This document shows, in pieces, positions 1-8,724 of a stretch of DNA of 24,801 bases. This DNA is from a virus. Taxonomy: Duplodnaviria > Caudoviricetes. The DNA is taken from the IMG/VR virus record IMGVR_UViG_3300044296_000224, positions 1 through 24,801 of that record, one strand, 5' to 3'. Below the pieces are notes generated by a model, which had not been told where the DNA came from, ran no database searches, and was given only the letters and a program-made list of their open reading frames with translations. A program made the translations under genes and the position numbers. Each line of letters begins with the position of its first letter. Positions within the stretch are counted from its first letter, which is position 1.

Positions 1-29
1 CCGCTCCTTTTTGGTTTTGAATTAACAAA

Positions 30-1097
30 TTACTTGTTTGATTCCAATGTTACATTTGCTGAGAACTTATACTTCTTAGCCTTTGATACATAATTCTTTG
101 CAAGTGCATTATACTTTGCAACTAGTACATTGTAATCTGCCTTTGAAGCAGTTGTTGCATCTGCAAGTGATTTGTCTGATGTAGCCTTTGCATCTGAAGC
201 AGACTTTAAATCTGCTGCATGTGCAGCCTTTTCGGTTGCAAGATCTGCTTGTGCTTTAGCAAGTGCTGTATTTGCTGCTGCAAGATCTGCCTTTAAACCA
301 GTAATTACTGCATTCAAATCTGAAACAGTAAACTTTGCAATAGCAGATTTAATTGGAGCATCAAGTCCAGTAATTGCAACTGCTGAATTTGCACCTGTTG
401 CAACTGCTGTAACATCTCCTGCTACTGCTGTAGCCAATGTTGCAGTTCCTACACCAAGTACTGCACCAGTTGCAGCGTTTGTTGCTGCTGCTGTCTGTAC
501 AACTTTAGTAATTGAACCATCAGTAAATGTTGAACCAATAAGTGTTACAGTAACATTTTCTGAACCTACTGGATTATTAAATACGTCAGTTGCTGACACA
601 GAAATTGTTGGAACTGTACCAACTGCTACGGATGCTGGTCCCCATACAGAAACCTTAGATGCTGATGCTGCAATACCTGCAACATAAACAATTGTTGAAT
701 AAGAACCATTTGTAATAGTTACTGATCCTACTGATGTGCTTGTTGTATAAGCATAAACAGTAATTGCTGCTCCTGCAGATGTTGCAACAATGGAATTGAC
801 TCCACTTGCAACTGTAACTGGAGTTGCTACTGTATTAAGTGCTGATACAAGCTTTACACCTGTTCCAGCAAAGGTAACTACTGTACCTGTATCTGCGGTT
901 GCAGAAAGTGCTACAGTATGCCCAGCATCAATTACATTTGTTGATGGGACTGCTACTGTTGCAGGAGCTGCAGATGTTGTTGCATTAGCGACACTATTTA
1001 CTGTTACTGCAAGTGGTGCTGCATTTGCAACTGCTGAGATGCCAAACATTGCTAGAGCTGCAGCGGTAGCAATTGCGATCTTCTTTGTTGTTTTCAT
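30..1097 (-). CDS. Secreted Ala/Thr/Val-rich surface-type protein (signal peptide, beta-rich/Ig-like body, C-terminal coiled coil)
   Basis: N-terminus MKTTKK + hydrophobic stretch + ANA|A signal peptidase I site. Beta-strand-like A/T/V-rich middle, heptad Ala/Lys-rich C-terminal region and basic tail. SD-like AAAGGA upstream. Confidence 0.7.
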   Translation of the reverse strand: MKTTKKIAIATAAALAMFGISAVANAAPLAVTVNSVANATTSAAPATVAVPSTNVIDAGHTVALSATADTGTVVTFAGTGVKLVSALNTVATPVTVASGVNSIVATSAGAAITVYAYTTSTSVGSVTITNGSYSTIVYVAGIAASASKVSVWGPASVAVGTVPTISVSATDVFNNPVGSENVTVTLIGSTFTDGSITKVVQTAAATNAATGAVLGVGTATLATAVAGDVTAVATGANSAVAITGLDAPIKSAIAKFTVSDLNAVITGLKADLAAANTALAKAQADLATEKAAHAADLKSASDAKATSDKSLADATTASKADYNVLVAKYNALAKNYVSKAKKYKFSANVTLESNK

Positions 1098-1118
1098 TTT
1101 ATCCTTTTCGTTGTTAGG

Positions 1119-1367
1119 TTATTTTCCTAGGTTTTTACCTAATATTTTAGGCAAATCTAACAGATTCTTTTTTAGAGAATCTAATTCCGTTTTTAGTTTT
1201 ATATTTTCTTGTCTCAACTCTGAGGCAATAGATTCTATTCTATCACATTGTATTTGTTTTGTCTCTAGGGAACTCATGTACCAGCTTATTTTTTGCTGAG
1301 AATCATGATATAAAGCCTCATAATCTATTTCAGTTTTATTACTGAATAGTAACTTAAACCATTTCAT
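1119..1367 (-). CDS. Hypothetical coiled-coil protein
   Basis: 82-aa ORF filling the gap between terminase and the secreted protein; heptad pattern (ELRQENIKLKTELDSLKK). Confidence 0.6.
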   Translation of the reverse strand: MKWFKLLFSNKTEIDYEALYHDSQQKISWYMSSLETKQIQCDRIESIASELRQENIKLKTELDSLKKNLLDLPKILGKNLGK

Positions 1368-1374
1368 ATTATCC

Positions 1375-3216
1375 CTAAATTATCGTAAAGTTGTCTACAT
1401 ATGTAATTTCGCCATCTTGTTCTTCTTCAAGTCCAAGATAATCCCTAATAGAGGATGGCATGCCTGATTTTGAAGGTCTTCTAATTAAACCATCATTCTC
1501 ATGTCCCGCCTTTATTTCATTTATCAAATCATCTTCATATTGATCATATGAATAAATTTGAACTTCTGAATCTCCTTTAGGTGTTAATGATATCGCATTA
1601 TAAATTGCTCCGCAAGTAGCATCCGCCAAGTCTTTAGAACCCTTGCGTGGGTGGTCCACTTTATCCCTTTTAACAATTCTTAATTCAAGTAACTCATCAA
1701 TTAATAAATTAAGTCTAGGTCCAGACACTCTTTCTTCCATAACACTAAGCAGCATGTCTTCATAATGCTTTTTGGCTACAGACAATATCTCACAATTCAT
1801 ACCATAAGACTTTAATTGCTCCATCATATCAAATGAATTCCAACGGTCAAATGTAACTCTTTTAATGTTAAATCCACGCTGTTTAAGACTAATTATATAA
1901 TTTTTGACTTCTGTAAAATCAACTGTTCTTTCTTTTGTTGGTGTCCAATATCTAACTGCATCTACAATTACATATGGTTGAGCATTTGTGTACGCTCCCG
2001 CCATTTTCATAGTTACCCATTTATCAACATGAGCTAAAGAAACTGCACAATGGTCATGCTTTTGAGCTAAGTCAACGTGAATATAATAAAATTTTCCTTC
2101 TTCTGGCTGGAACCATTCCTTGAATTGTCCTGTTTCATCAACTGCAATATTTAAATTATTAAATGCTTTTTCTACTTTTTCACGGGATGTAAACAAAGCA
2201 TCAATTGCTTCAGGTGGCATACATGCAAAACGAGACAATGCATCTATTTGATCTCTATAAAAATTAGATGCCAAATCATTAATTTTGATTGTTGGATTAA
2301 TTTCCCATGTAGGTCTTTTTAATGCAAACACTTTAGGTTCAGCATATGAAATGATGTGATCTTCTTCCCATTCAATAGAAAATTCATTTCCTTCAGTTCC
2401 ATCTGGCAAATCCTCATCAACTTTAAATGTATGAGTTCTAATTACAACTTCTTTATCAGCAATAACTTCATTGTATCTTTGTTGAATATAGTCATTCTTA
2501 AAACGTGGGAACGAAAGCAGAATAAGTTTTCCAAATTGTGGAAAACGAGAATCTACTGAGCCTCTAAACATTTTATAGATAGCTGAAGCAGTTTTAGCCT
2601 GTTCGTTACCGCTAGTAGAATCTAGATCAAAGCCTGAAATTTCATCAAGAACTGCAAATAAAAGGTTATATCCTTCCCAGGATTCCCTTTGTGAGTGACC
2701 TGAGTGAACAGTAACACTTTTAAGAAATTCCACGCTGCCAACTTTTTCATTATATTTTCCAATAAACCAAGGGCATTTTGTTATGCGTTGTTTAAAACCT
2801 TTAAAAAAAACTTGTTGTGCCTGCACTGCGTTAACAGCAACGTTAATAATATCAATAGCATCTCCAGGGGGTTTGCCATAATATCTTGCTGGATCTTTTA
2901 AACATAATAACAAATAAACTACATATGAACAAGCAATTGTTGATGTATAGTCTTTTCCAGAACCCTTACCTAATTGAAAAATAACTTCATTGCAAGTTTG
3001 CTTCCAGCGTTTTTCGCCTTCTTCTTCTCCATAAAGTTTAATTAAAGTTTCTTGTTTATAAATTTGAGTTGACGCTTTGATCATTTGATATTGATAACTA
3101 GAAAGTGGGGGCAGGCCAAGATAGTCTTTTGAAGTAACAAACTCTTCAATACTAACTGGAACTTCTTCAAAAGCATCTTCTTCAAGTGCTTCTAAAAAAT
3201 CACTAAAATCAGTCAA
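1375..3216 (-). CDS. terL: Terminase large subunit
   Basis: Walker A LGKGSGKD, Walker B FAVLDE, coupling motif LLSFPR. RNase H-like nuclease motifs HVDLAQKHD, TFDRWNS and KGSKDLADA. Confidence 0.93.
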   Translation of the reverse strand: MTDFSDFLEALEEDAFEEVPVSIEEFVTSKDYLGLPPLSSYQYQMIKASTQIYKQETLIKLYGEEEGEKRWKQTCNEVIFQLGKGSGKDYTSTIACSYVVYLLLCLKDPARYYGKPPGDAIDIINVAVNAVQAQQVFFKGFKQRITKCPWFIGKYNEKVGSVEFLKSVTVHSGHSQRESWEGYNLLFAVLDEISGFDLDSTSGNEQAKTASAIYKMFRGSVDSRFPQFGKLILLSFPRFKNDYIQQRYNEVIADKEVVIRTHTFKVDEDLPDGTEGNEFSIEWEEDHIISYAEPKVFALKRPTWEINPTIKINDLASNFYRDQIDALSRFACMPPEAIDALFTSREKVEKAFNNLNIAVDETGQFKEWFQPEEGKFYYIHVDLAQKHDHCAVSLAHVDKWVTMKMAGAYTNAQPYVIVDAVRYWTPTKERTVDFTEVKNYIISLKQRGFNIKRVTFDRWNSFDMMEQLKSYGMNCEILSVAKKHYEDMLLSVMEERVSGPRLNLLIDELLELRIVKRDKVDHPRKGSKDLADATCGAIYNAISLTPKGDSEVQIYSYDQYEDDLINEIKAGHENDGLIRRPSKSGMPSSIRDYLGLEEEQDGEITYVDNFTII

Positions 3217-3733
3217 CTGATATAACCTCTACTTTATTAGTTACCTGTGAAAGTCTAGTCGCTACCTCTTGCTTACATTTAGGACAAGATGATGTAACAT
3301 CTCTTAATATTCCAACTAAAACTTCTTGCTTTCTTTCTGTTTCTAATATAGCATCAGCCATATCATTCTTTTCAAGAACTCCCGCTTTTTGTAGCATATC
3401 AATTCTTTTTTGTTCAACATCTGCAATAAGTTTTAAAGACTGAGCTTTAACATTTAAGGCATCCTGTGCATCTGCTTGATGAACTGTATTCCAAGCTTCA
3501 TTGATAATCATAGAATAATGTTGATCTGCTGCTCCAAGTGCTTCTCTGGCTCTTTCTTTAATTCCAGAATCACCTTGTATAAGTTCACGCCAATTGTTTA
3601 ATAATTGTGTAACCTGAGCAGGTTTAAGTGCTAATTGCTTTGCAATTTGATTTGGATTATTGCCTTTAATAAATTCAGCAACAACCTTATTCATCTGTTC
3701 AAAATGATCAGATAGTTCTATTACATTATCCAT
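3209..3733 (-). CDS. Probable terminase small subunit (N-terminal HTH, helical oligomerisation region)
   Basis: Directly upstream of and overlapping terL. HTH-like NPNQIAKQLALKPAQVTQLL, helical core, CxxC near the C-terminus. Confidence 0.6.
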   Translation of the reverse strand: MDNVIELSDHFEQMNKVVAEFIKGNNPNQIAKQLALKPAQVTQLLNNWRELIQGDSGIKERAREALGAADQHYSMIINEAWNTVHQADAQDALNVKAQSLKLIADVEQKRIDMLQKAGVLEKNDMADAILETERKQEVLVGILRDVTSSCPKCKQEVATRLSQVTNKVEVISVD

Positions 3734-3915
3734 TATCTACCATTATCTGTGCTATAAAAGCCAGATCCCTTAAATTGAATTCCAAAAGAACTGTATTGTT
3801 TTACCATTGCTTCCCCGCATTTTTCGCATAGTTCGGGCGTATCAGCTTGTGTAAAAGACTTTGGAATCTCTACATTAATATCACAATCAACGCACTTATA
3901 TTCATATGTTGGCAT
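3733..3915 (-). CDS. FmdB-family zinc ribbon protein
   Basis: MPTYEYKCxxC...CxxCG...FKGSGFYSTD is the typical FmdB-family signature. Confidence 0.9.
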   Translation of the reverse strand: MPTYEYKCVDCDINVEIPKSFTQADTPELCEKCGEAMVKQYSSFGIQFKGSGFYSTDNGR

Positions 3916-3920
3916 ACTTA

Positions 3921-3949
3921 ATTATACTCCTTTTACATTAATCTGTCTA
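3921..3949 (-). promoter_or_regulatory. Sigma70/HrdB-type promoter, possibly leaderless, for the FmdB-terS-terL genes
   Basis: Minus strand reads TAGACA-17 nt-TATAAT-5 nt-ATG. An AAGGAG SD lies within the spacer. Confidence 0.65.
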
Positions 3950-4937
3950 CCCAAGTTCTGGGGGTTTTATCTGTTATAAATTCTAATGGTAAATGATAGT
4001 TAAACTCTTTAGGTCCACGCATCATTATATAATCAACTAATTGAATAAGTCCTTGAGCCAATGTTGTCTTAGTTTCATATCCCAATAACTTTCTAGCAAG
4101 ATCAGCACTACAATTAGCATGCTTAACTTCTTGTGGTCTTCCTGGCATATAAATTGGCTCTAGGTCCATTTGTAAAATTGAAGCAATAATTTCAGCTAAC
4201 TGATTGATTGTTACAAATGATTCATCTGGACCAATATTCACAACTTTGCCATTTGCAACATCAGTTTCACATGCAATCATTAATGGATCAATAACATCCT
4301 GCATAAATGAAAAGCATCTCATTTGGCTTCCATCACCATAAATAATAGGTTGTTTTCCCTGCAACATTCTATTAATCATAATAGATGCAACATTTCTAAA
4401 TGGGTCATCATATTTTTGGCGTGGTCCAATAATGTTATGTGGAACAAGAATCACATAATCCATTCCATGTGTTTCACATAAATTTTTAATTAATAACTCA
4501 GTAGCATATTTTGCAATACCATATGGATCTTGTGGTTTTGGAGTCATGTCTTCTGTAAATGGAACTATATCCTGTGTTCCATATCTAGCCATTGATGACA
4601 TGTGTACAAACTTTTTGACTCCCGCTTTGATTGATGCTGATACTGCAACGGTTGCAATATGTGAAGTATTTCTTGTTACAAGTGCGGGACTAAAAACTGA
4701 CAACCCTTCATAAGCAGTACAAGCAGTATGAACAACTAAATCAATTCCTTCAAACATTGGTGCTACTGCATCAAAATCTCCAAGGTCTGCATTCCACCAA
4801 GTTACTCCTGCTGGAACATTGTCTTCATATCCGCCAATAAGATTATCAATTCCATAAACTTCATACCCACGCTTTAGAAATTCATCTGCAAGGTGGCTAC
4901 CTATAAATCCCGCTACGCCTGTAATTAATACTTTCAT
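3933..4937 (-). CDS. NAD-dependent NDP-sugar epimerase/dehydratase (extended SDR)
   Basis: TGVAGFIG Rossmann motif, SS catalytic Ser region, YGIAK (YxxxK), NIIGP, GDGSQMRCF. Confidence 0.93.
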   Translation of the reverse strand: MKVLITGVAGFIGSHLADEFLKRGYEVYGIDNLIGGYEDNVPAGVTWWNADLGDFDAVAPMFEGIDLVVHTACTAYEGLSVFSPALVTRNTSHIATVAVSASIKAGVKKFVHMSSMARYGTQDIVPFTEDMTPKPQDPYGIAKYATELLIKNLCETHGMDYVILVPHNIIGPRQKYDDPFRNVASIMINRMLQGKQPIIYGDGSQMRCFSFMQDVIDPLMIACETDVANGKVVNIGPDESFVTINQLAEIIASILQMDLEPIYMPGRPQEVKHANCSADLARKLLGYETKTTLAQGLIQLVDYIMMRGPKEFNYHLPLEFITDKTPRTWVDRLM

Positions 4938-5557
4938 TTTACTTTATGCACCGCCAAAACAATGTTATCAAATATACCCTGTGGGTCTGGATCTAATGCG
5001 TCATTCATATTAATTAAAAATGTTTTAAATCCAGTATTTTTTTCAATACTTTCAGCAAACTCTTTTGCCATTTCTTCATATTCTAATCTAATATCCTCGA
5101 CAATATACCATCCACCTGGATTTACCCATTTCATAGTTTTATTTAATGTATCAACTATATTATGCCAATAGTGCGAACCATCATCAACAATCATTTCATA
5201 TGTTTGATTTTTTAAAATGTGATAAACATAATCAAAAGAAGGAAATGAATTTTGATCAGCATAAAGTGTTCTAATTCTATCTTCTTGAAATAAATGATTT
5301 GTATTATTATCTAGTCCTACAATATGTGCATTTTCAAATAAAACTTTCCATGCTCTTAATGAAGCTCCATAATAAACTCCTACTTCTAAAACATCATTAA
5401 CTTTAGATCTATCTTCAAATAAAGCTGCATATAGATTATGATAACTATGTCTTGCAGACGATTTATCAGATTCAAACCTTTCAAATGTTTCTTTAAATTC
5501 ATTTATAGATTCTTCTGTTGGAATACCCGTGTATTCATAAAATTGTTTTAGTTCCAT
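4934..5557 (-). CDS. Class I SAM-dependent methyltransferase, MycE/TylE-like sugar O-methyltransferase
   Basis: SDK..HSY, VLEVGV..GASL, IVDDGSH and PGGWYIVED motifs. Start moved to the ATG at 5557 because of an upstream AGGAG. Confidence 0.85.
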   Translation of the reverse strand: MELKQFYEYTGIPTEESINEFKETFERFESDKSSARHSYHNLYAALFEDRSKVNDVLEVGVYYGASLRAWKVLFENAHIVGLDNNTNHLFQEDRIRTLYADQNSFPSFDYVYHILKNQTYEMIVDDGSHYWHNIVDTLNKTMKWVNPGGWYIVEDIRLEYEEMAKEFAESIEKNTGFKTFLINMNDALDPDPQGIFDNIVLAVHKVK

Positions 5558-6192
5558 TCGTTTTCTCTCCTTCTTGATAAATCCCATCCCTTGGGCGTGT
5601 AGTCTCCAGTGACTACTTTTTCACGATAATAATCTCCATTTCTTTGAAATGTAAAATTATTTCTTGAAGCAAAATGACCATCGCTTTTTATTGTTTGAGA
5701 TCCACCGTTATCATTTACTTCAATTCCTGGAATTAAAATATTATCTCCATATCCAGCATTTACAACTCTGTCATTAAAATCGTTATCTTCAAAATATGAA
5801 GGATAAATATATTCATCAAATAAACCAACGTTCTTAATAATATTCTCTCCTACGGAAAAGAAACTGTAATGTGCATTACTTTTAATTAAGTAATCTGGAC
5901 CACTTGATTCACACATTTTTTCTAAAGACCCTGGCATAAAATGTGTATCTGCTGAACCAAATACCCAATATGGTGCATGCGGATAACATTTAATTCCCAA
6001 ATTCCATGATCCAGCTATGCCTTGATTTGATGGCATATCTAAAATTTGTACATTTCTTACACCTGTTGCAAAACTTTTATTTGTTCCATTATTGATAATT
6101 AAAATGTTTTCAATTGGAAAATCTATTGATCTGAGAGTTTGTTCCAATAAATCATATCTATTTAATACTGGAATTATTAATACTGGTATCAC
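5548..6192 (-). CDS. Glycosyltransferase family 2 (GT-A fold)
   Basis: IIPVLNR, ILIINNG, NQGIAGSWNLG, GLFDE.IYPSYFEDND motifs. Confidence 0.88.
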   Translation of the reverse strand: MIPVLIIPVLNRYDLLEQTLRSIDFPIENILIINNGTNKSFATGVRNVQILDMPSNQGIAGSWNLGIKCYPHAPYWVFGSADTHFMPGSLEKMCESSGPDYLIKSNAHYSFFSVGENIIKNVGLFDEYIYPSYFEDNDFNDRVVNAGYGDNILIPGIEVNDNGGSQTIKSDGHFASRNNFTFQRNGDYYREKVVTGDYTPKGWDLSRRRENEWN

Positions 6193-6332
6193 TTCTTTTT
6201 TAATCCATATTTCTCTAGGTATCTTACTATTGTCATATGGCTACATCCCGCTTCTTTTGCAATAGTAACCACATCTTTGCGTTGTACTATATAACGACTA
6301 TATAGCCAATCTTTATTTTCATAAAGCTTCAT
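6189..6332 (-). CDS. Small HTH DNA-binding protein (47 aa, not in the ORF track)
   Basis: Hand translation MKLYENKDWLYSRYIVQRKDVVTIAKEAGCSHMTIVRYLEKYGLKKK. HTH pattern IAKEAGCS..TI.RYL; overlaps both neighbouring genes. Confidence 0.8.
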   Translation of the reverse strand: MKLYENKDWLYSRYIVQRKDVVTIAKEAGCSHMTIVRYLEKYGLKKK

Positions 6333-6879
6333 TTACTGCCCACCACGCTATGCCAGTTGCATCTGCAACATTGTTATTATCTGTATTAACTCCTACAGAT
6401 TTTACAAAATCTATTGTTCTTTGTTTTCTGAGTTCTCTGACTTTGTTTTTGTACCACGATTCCGTTTTTCCTGGGAACTCTTTTTTGACGGCATCCTTTT
6501 CAGACTTTGTAAAATTAGGATTGTTGATGAAGCCCTGCCATTTAAGCGGGTGGACTTCAATAATTTTCGTATCACTATTTATCAACTCCCCGATAATTGT
6601 ACCAAATACATAAGCCATTTTCAAACCAGTTGCTACTGATTTAACTGATACTGCTGCTTCCAAAACAACAAAATCATAATCTAATTGCTGTCTAACAGAA
6701 TGAACTTTCTGCTTTGCATCAAGAATTCTTTCATAAACATTATCCCCTTCAAAAGATATTTCTCCCCATTTAACTGGTTTATCTTCATTCATCAAACAAA
6801 AAGCTATGCTATGAGTACTAGCATCTATTCCTAAAACCTTCTTTGCCCTGGGCTTAATCAGACTATTTAAAGTTCCCAT
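6319..6879 (-). CDS. RuvC-like Holliday junction resolvase
   Basis: VLGIDAS (catalytic D), VVLE, NVADATGIA: RNase H-fold RuvC catalytic layout. Confidence 0.85.
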   Translation of the reverse strand: MGTLNSLIKPRAKKVLGIDASTHSIAFCLMNEDKPVKWGEISFEGDNVYERILDAKQKVHSVRQQLDYDFVVLEAAVSVKSVATGLKMAYVFGTIIGELINSDTKIIEVHPLKWQGFINNPNFTKSEKDAVKKEFPGKTESWYKNKVRELRKQRTIDFVKSVGVNTDNNNVADATGIAWWAVNEAL

Positions 6880-7153
6880 TTAGCATTCCTAACAGATCTT
6901 GTCTATCTCTTTCTCTTTCTTTAGCCAAGCAGAGGTTGCATATTTGACCTTCTTGATATCTCCCCAGCTCCTGATAACAATCTTTATTTTTACAAATTCT
7001 TTTTTTACCAGCTAGTCTATCTTTTCTATCCTGATATTTCTTTTTGATATTTAAATTAGTTGCAATTTTACAACATTCATCAGAACAATATTTTTGATTA
7101 TGTGTTTTTGGCTCAAATTTATTTTTACAAGGTTTGTATGCACACTTTATCAT
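6863..7153 (-). CDS. Cys-rich putative zinc-finger protein
   Basis: CAYKPC...QKYCSDECC and CKNKDC...CNLC motifs. Confidence 0.7.
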   Translation of the reverse strand: MIKCAYKPCKNKFEPKTHNQKYCSDECCKIATNLNIKKKYQDRKDRLAGKKRICKNKDCYQELGRYQEGQICNLCLAKERERDRQDLLGMLNGNFK

Positions 7154-7935
7154 TTTTCGATCACCATCAATGGATATTCAACATCACCCAAATCATTTTT
7201 CATTTCTTTCCAGCATACTTTCTTTACTGGGCAATATGAGCATGGCATTCTAGTCTTGCTTTCAGATGGTCTATTTGGCAATGTTTGATTTTTATATAAT
7301 TGGTAAACTCCACGCAACCATTCAAATACATCATTAATCATTCTTTCATTTTTGTCATCCATGTTAATTAAAATCCACAAAGGAGAATTATCATTTTTAT
7401 TTTCATATAAAAATGCTCCTTGCTTGTATCCTTTAATTTTCATATATGTCAAAAGTTGAAATCTATGATTATCTGTAGGCTGTAAAGTTACAGATTTAGA
7501 TGTCCAAACTTCATCTTTGGCAGACTTAATTTCTAGCGGGTACTCGCTTTCTCCATCTGTTATTAATGTATCTAAGAATCCACGAATTGGGGGGTCATCA
7601 TGCGTTACTTCAATTTCATGTTGAACTACTTTATAAGTTTTATTTAATTTGCTTAATCTTTCTTGCAATCTAGTATGAACATATGTACCATTTTCCATAT
7701 TAGCTTTACCTTGAGGAGTTGCAGTATCTTCAAACTCTGCACCATTAAATGCAAGATACCAATACCTGGCACAATTACCGTGTCCATATCCTATAGTTGA
7801 CGGGGCAAATGTTTTCTTTTGAGTAAACCCAGCTTTAGATTCATAAGTTTCATTAAACTCTTCTGCAAGTTTATAAACATTAAGACCTTCCTTAACGCTA
7901 TCAACTCTTTTATTTACTAATCTACCTATTCCCAA
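7150..7935 (-). CDS. Cas4-like / PD-(D/E)XK exonuclease with probable 4Fe-4S staple
   Basis: PS.IG..NCAR, GTYVH, GFLD...LEIKS, QLLTY and C-terminal CSYCPVKKVC (1+3 Cys arrangement). Confidence 0.87.
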   Translation of the reverse strand: MGIGRLVNKRVDSVKEGLNVYKLAEEFNETYESKAGFTQKKTFAPSTIGYGHGNCARYWYLAFNGAEFEDTATPQGKANMENGTYVHTRLQERLSKLNKTYKVVQHEIEVTHDDPPIRGFLDTLITDGESEYPLEIKSAKDEVWTSKSVTLQPTDNHRFQLLTYMKIKGYKQGAFLYENKNDNSPLWILINMDDKNERMINDVFEWLRGVYQLYKNQTLPNRPSESKTRMPCSYCPVKKVCWKEMKNDLGDVEYPLMVIEK

Positions 7936-8265
7936 TTAAGCACCAAACCTAGCTGCGTACTTTAATGCATCAACAAGTTTATCTACTGTATCTGCTGCTG
8001 TGTAATATGTGTTCTTTTTCTTTGAAGCTTCCCCACCTTTTTCAAAAGTAGTGTAATATCTTGCTTGCATGGCAAACTTTGCACTGATTGCTTGCAATTG
8101 AACAATAAGAGTAGGTGCTTTTGTAGATGGAACATCTGGCTTTGTGATCAATTTAATAATTGTTTCTAATGCTGTGTCTAAATCTTTATCATTCATATAT
8201 TCAGACATATCATTAAATTCTGTGATCTGACTAATAATTTCTAAGGTTGTTGATTGTTCTGCCAT
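7936..8265 (-). CDS. Hypothetical helical phage protein
   Basis: 109-aa ORF tightly packed in the recombination module, with an upstream GGTGG SD-like motif. Confidence 0.7.
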   Translation of the reverse strand: MAEQSTTLEIISQITEFNDMSEYMNDKDLDTALETIIKLITKPDVPSTKAPTLIVQLQAISAKFAMQARYYTTFEKGGEASKKKNTYYTAADTVDKLVDALKYAARFGA

Positions 8266-8552
8266 GCTTCCACCATTTCTTCAAATAATGCCCATTCAAC
8301 TACTGCTAGGCGTGTTTTTCTGTCTCCTGCTCCGAGTATGAGTTTAAGGAGAGGGTGATAGGACCTACTAACTTTAAAAGTATCCGTGCAAATCTTTGCC
8401 CAAATTTCTTGGGAGATTGATATTGACTTTGAATACTCTTTATAGTCAACCACGAAGCCATTCCATGTGGCATCGCCCTTCTGGATTTTACCTCTACCAG
8501 AATTTTTCTGTTGTTTTGCTCCATCTCTTTTTGCTTCTCCTCTTTCAGACAA
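8241..8552 (-). CDS. Small PD-(D/E)XK nuclease, Hjc-like resolvase
   Basis: SERGE...NSGRG..KGDA...VVDYKE resembles the E...G.D...(D/E)xK motif. TTG start. Confidence 0.7.
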   Translation of the reverse strand: MSERGEAKRDGAKQQKNSGRGKIQKGDATWNGFVVDYKEYSKSISISQEIWAKICTDTFKVSRSYHPLLKLILGAGDRKTRLAVVEWALFEEMVEAWQNNQQP

Positions 8553-8724
8553 ATGACTGCTCCGTTCTATGATTATCTGGGCATATCCAAAACATTAATC
8601 CTTTTGAAGAATCCCACCAAGCAAAATCAACATCTAGTTTGCAATATCTACAACCATAATTGCCATAAAGTTTTTCACAATTTGATTGATCTTTTGGTGA
8701 TATAAAATCGTTTAGTTTACCCAT
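8545..8724 (-). CDS. Small putative zinc-binding protein (59 aa, not in the ORF track)
   Basis: Hand translation MGKLNDFISPKDQSNCEKLYGNYGCRYCKLDVDFAWWDSSKGLMFWICPDNHRTEQSFV. CxxC...CxxxH; overlaps the recA stop and the next start. Confidence 0.75.
   Translation of the reverse strand: MGKLNDFISPKDQSNCEKLYGNYGCRYCKLDVDFAWWDSSKGLMFWICPDNHRTEQSFV

Noticed and set aside
172-1299. Long + strand ORFs 172..687 and 790..1299
   Set aside because: Antisense shadows of the Ala/Thr/Val-rich minus-strand gene, whose codons give few stops on the opposite strand; no SD or recognisable motifs.
7150-7935. Cas4 as part of a CRISPR-Cas system
   Set aside because: No cas1/cas2, effector genes or array in the window; the context is phage recombination.
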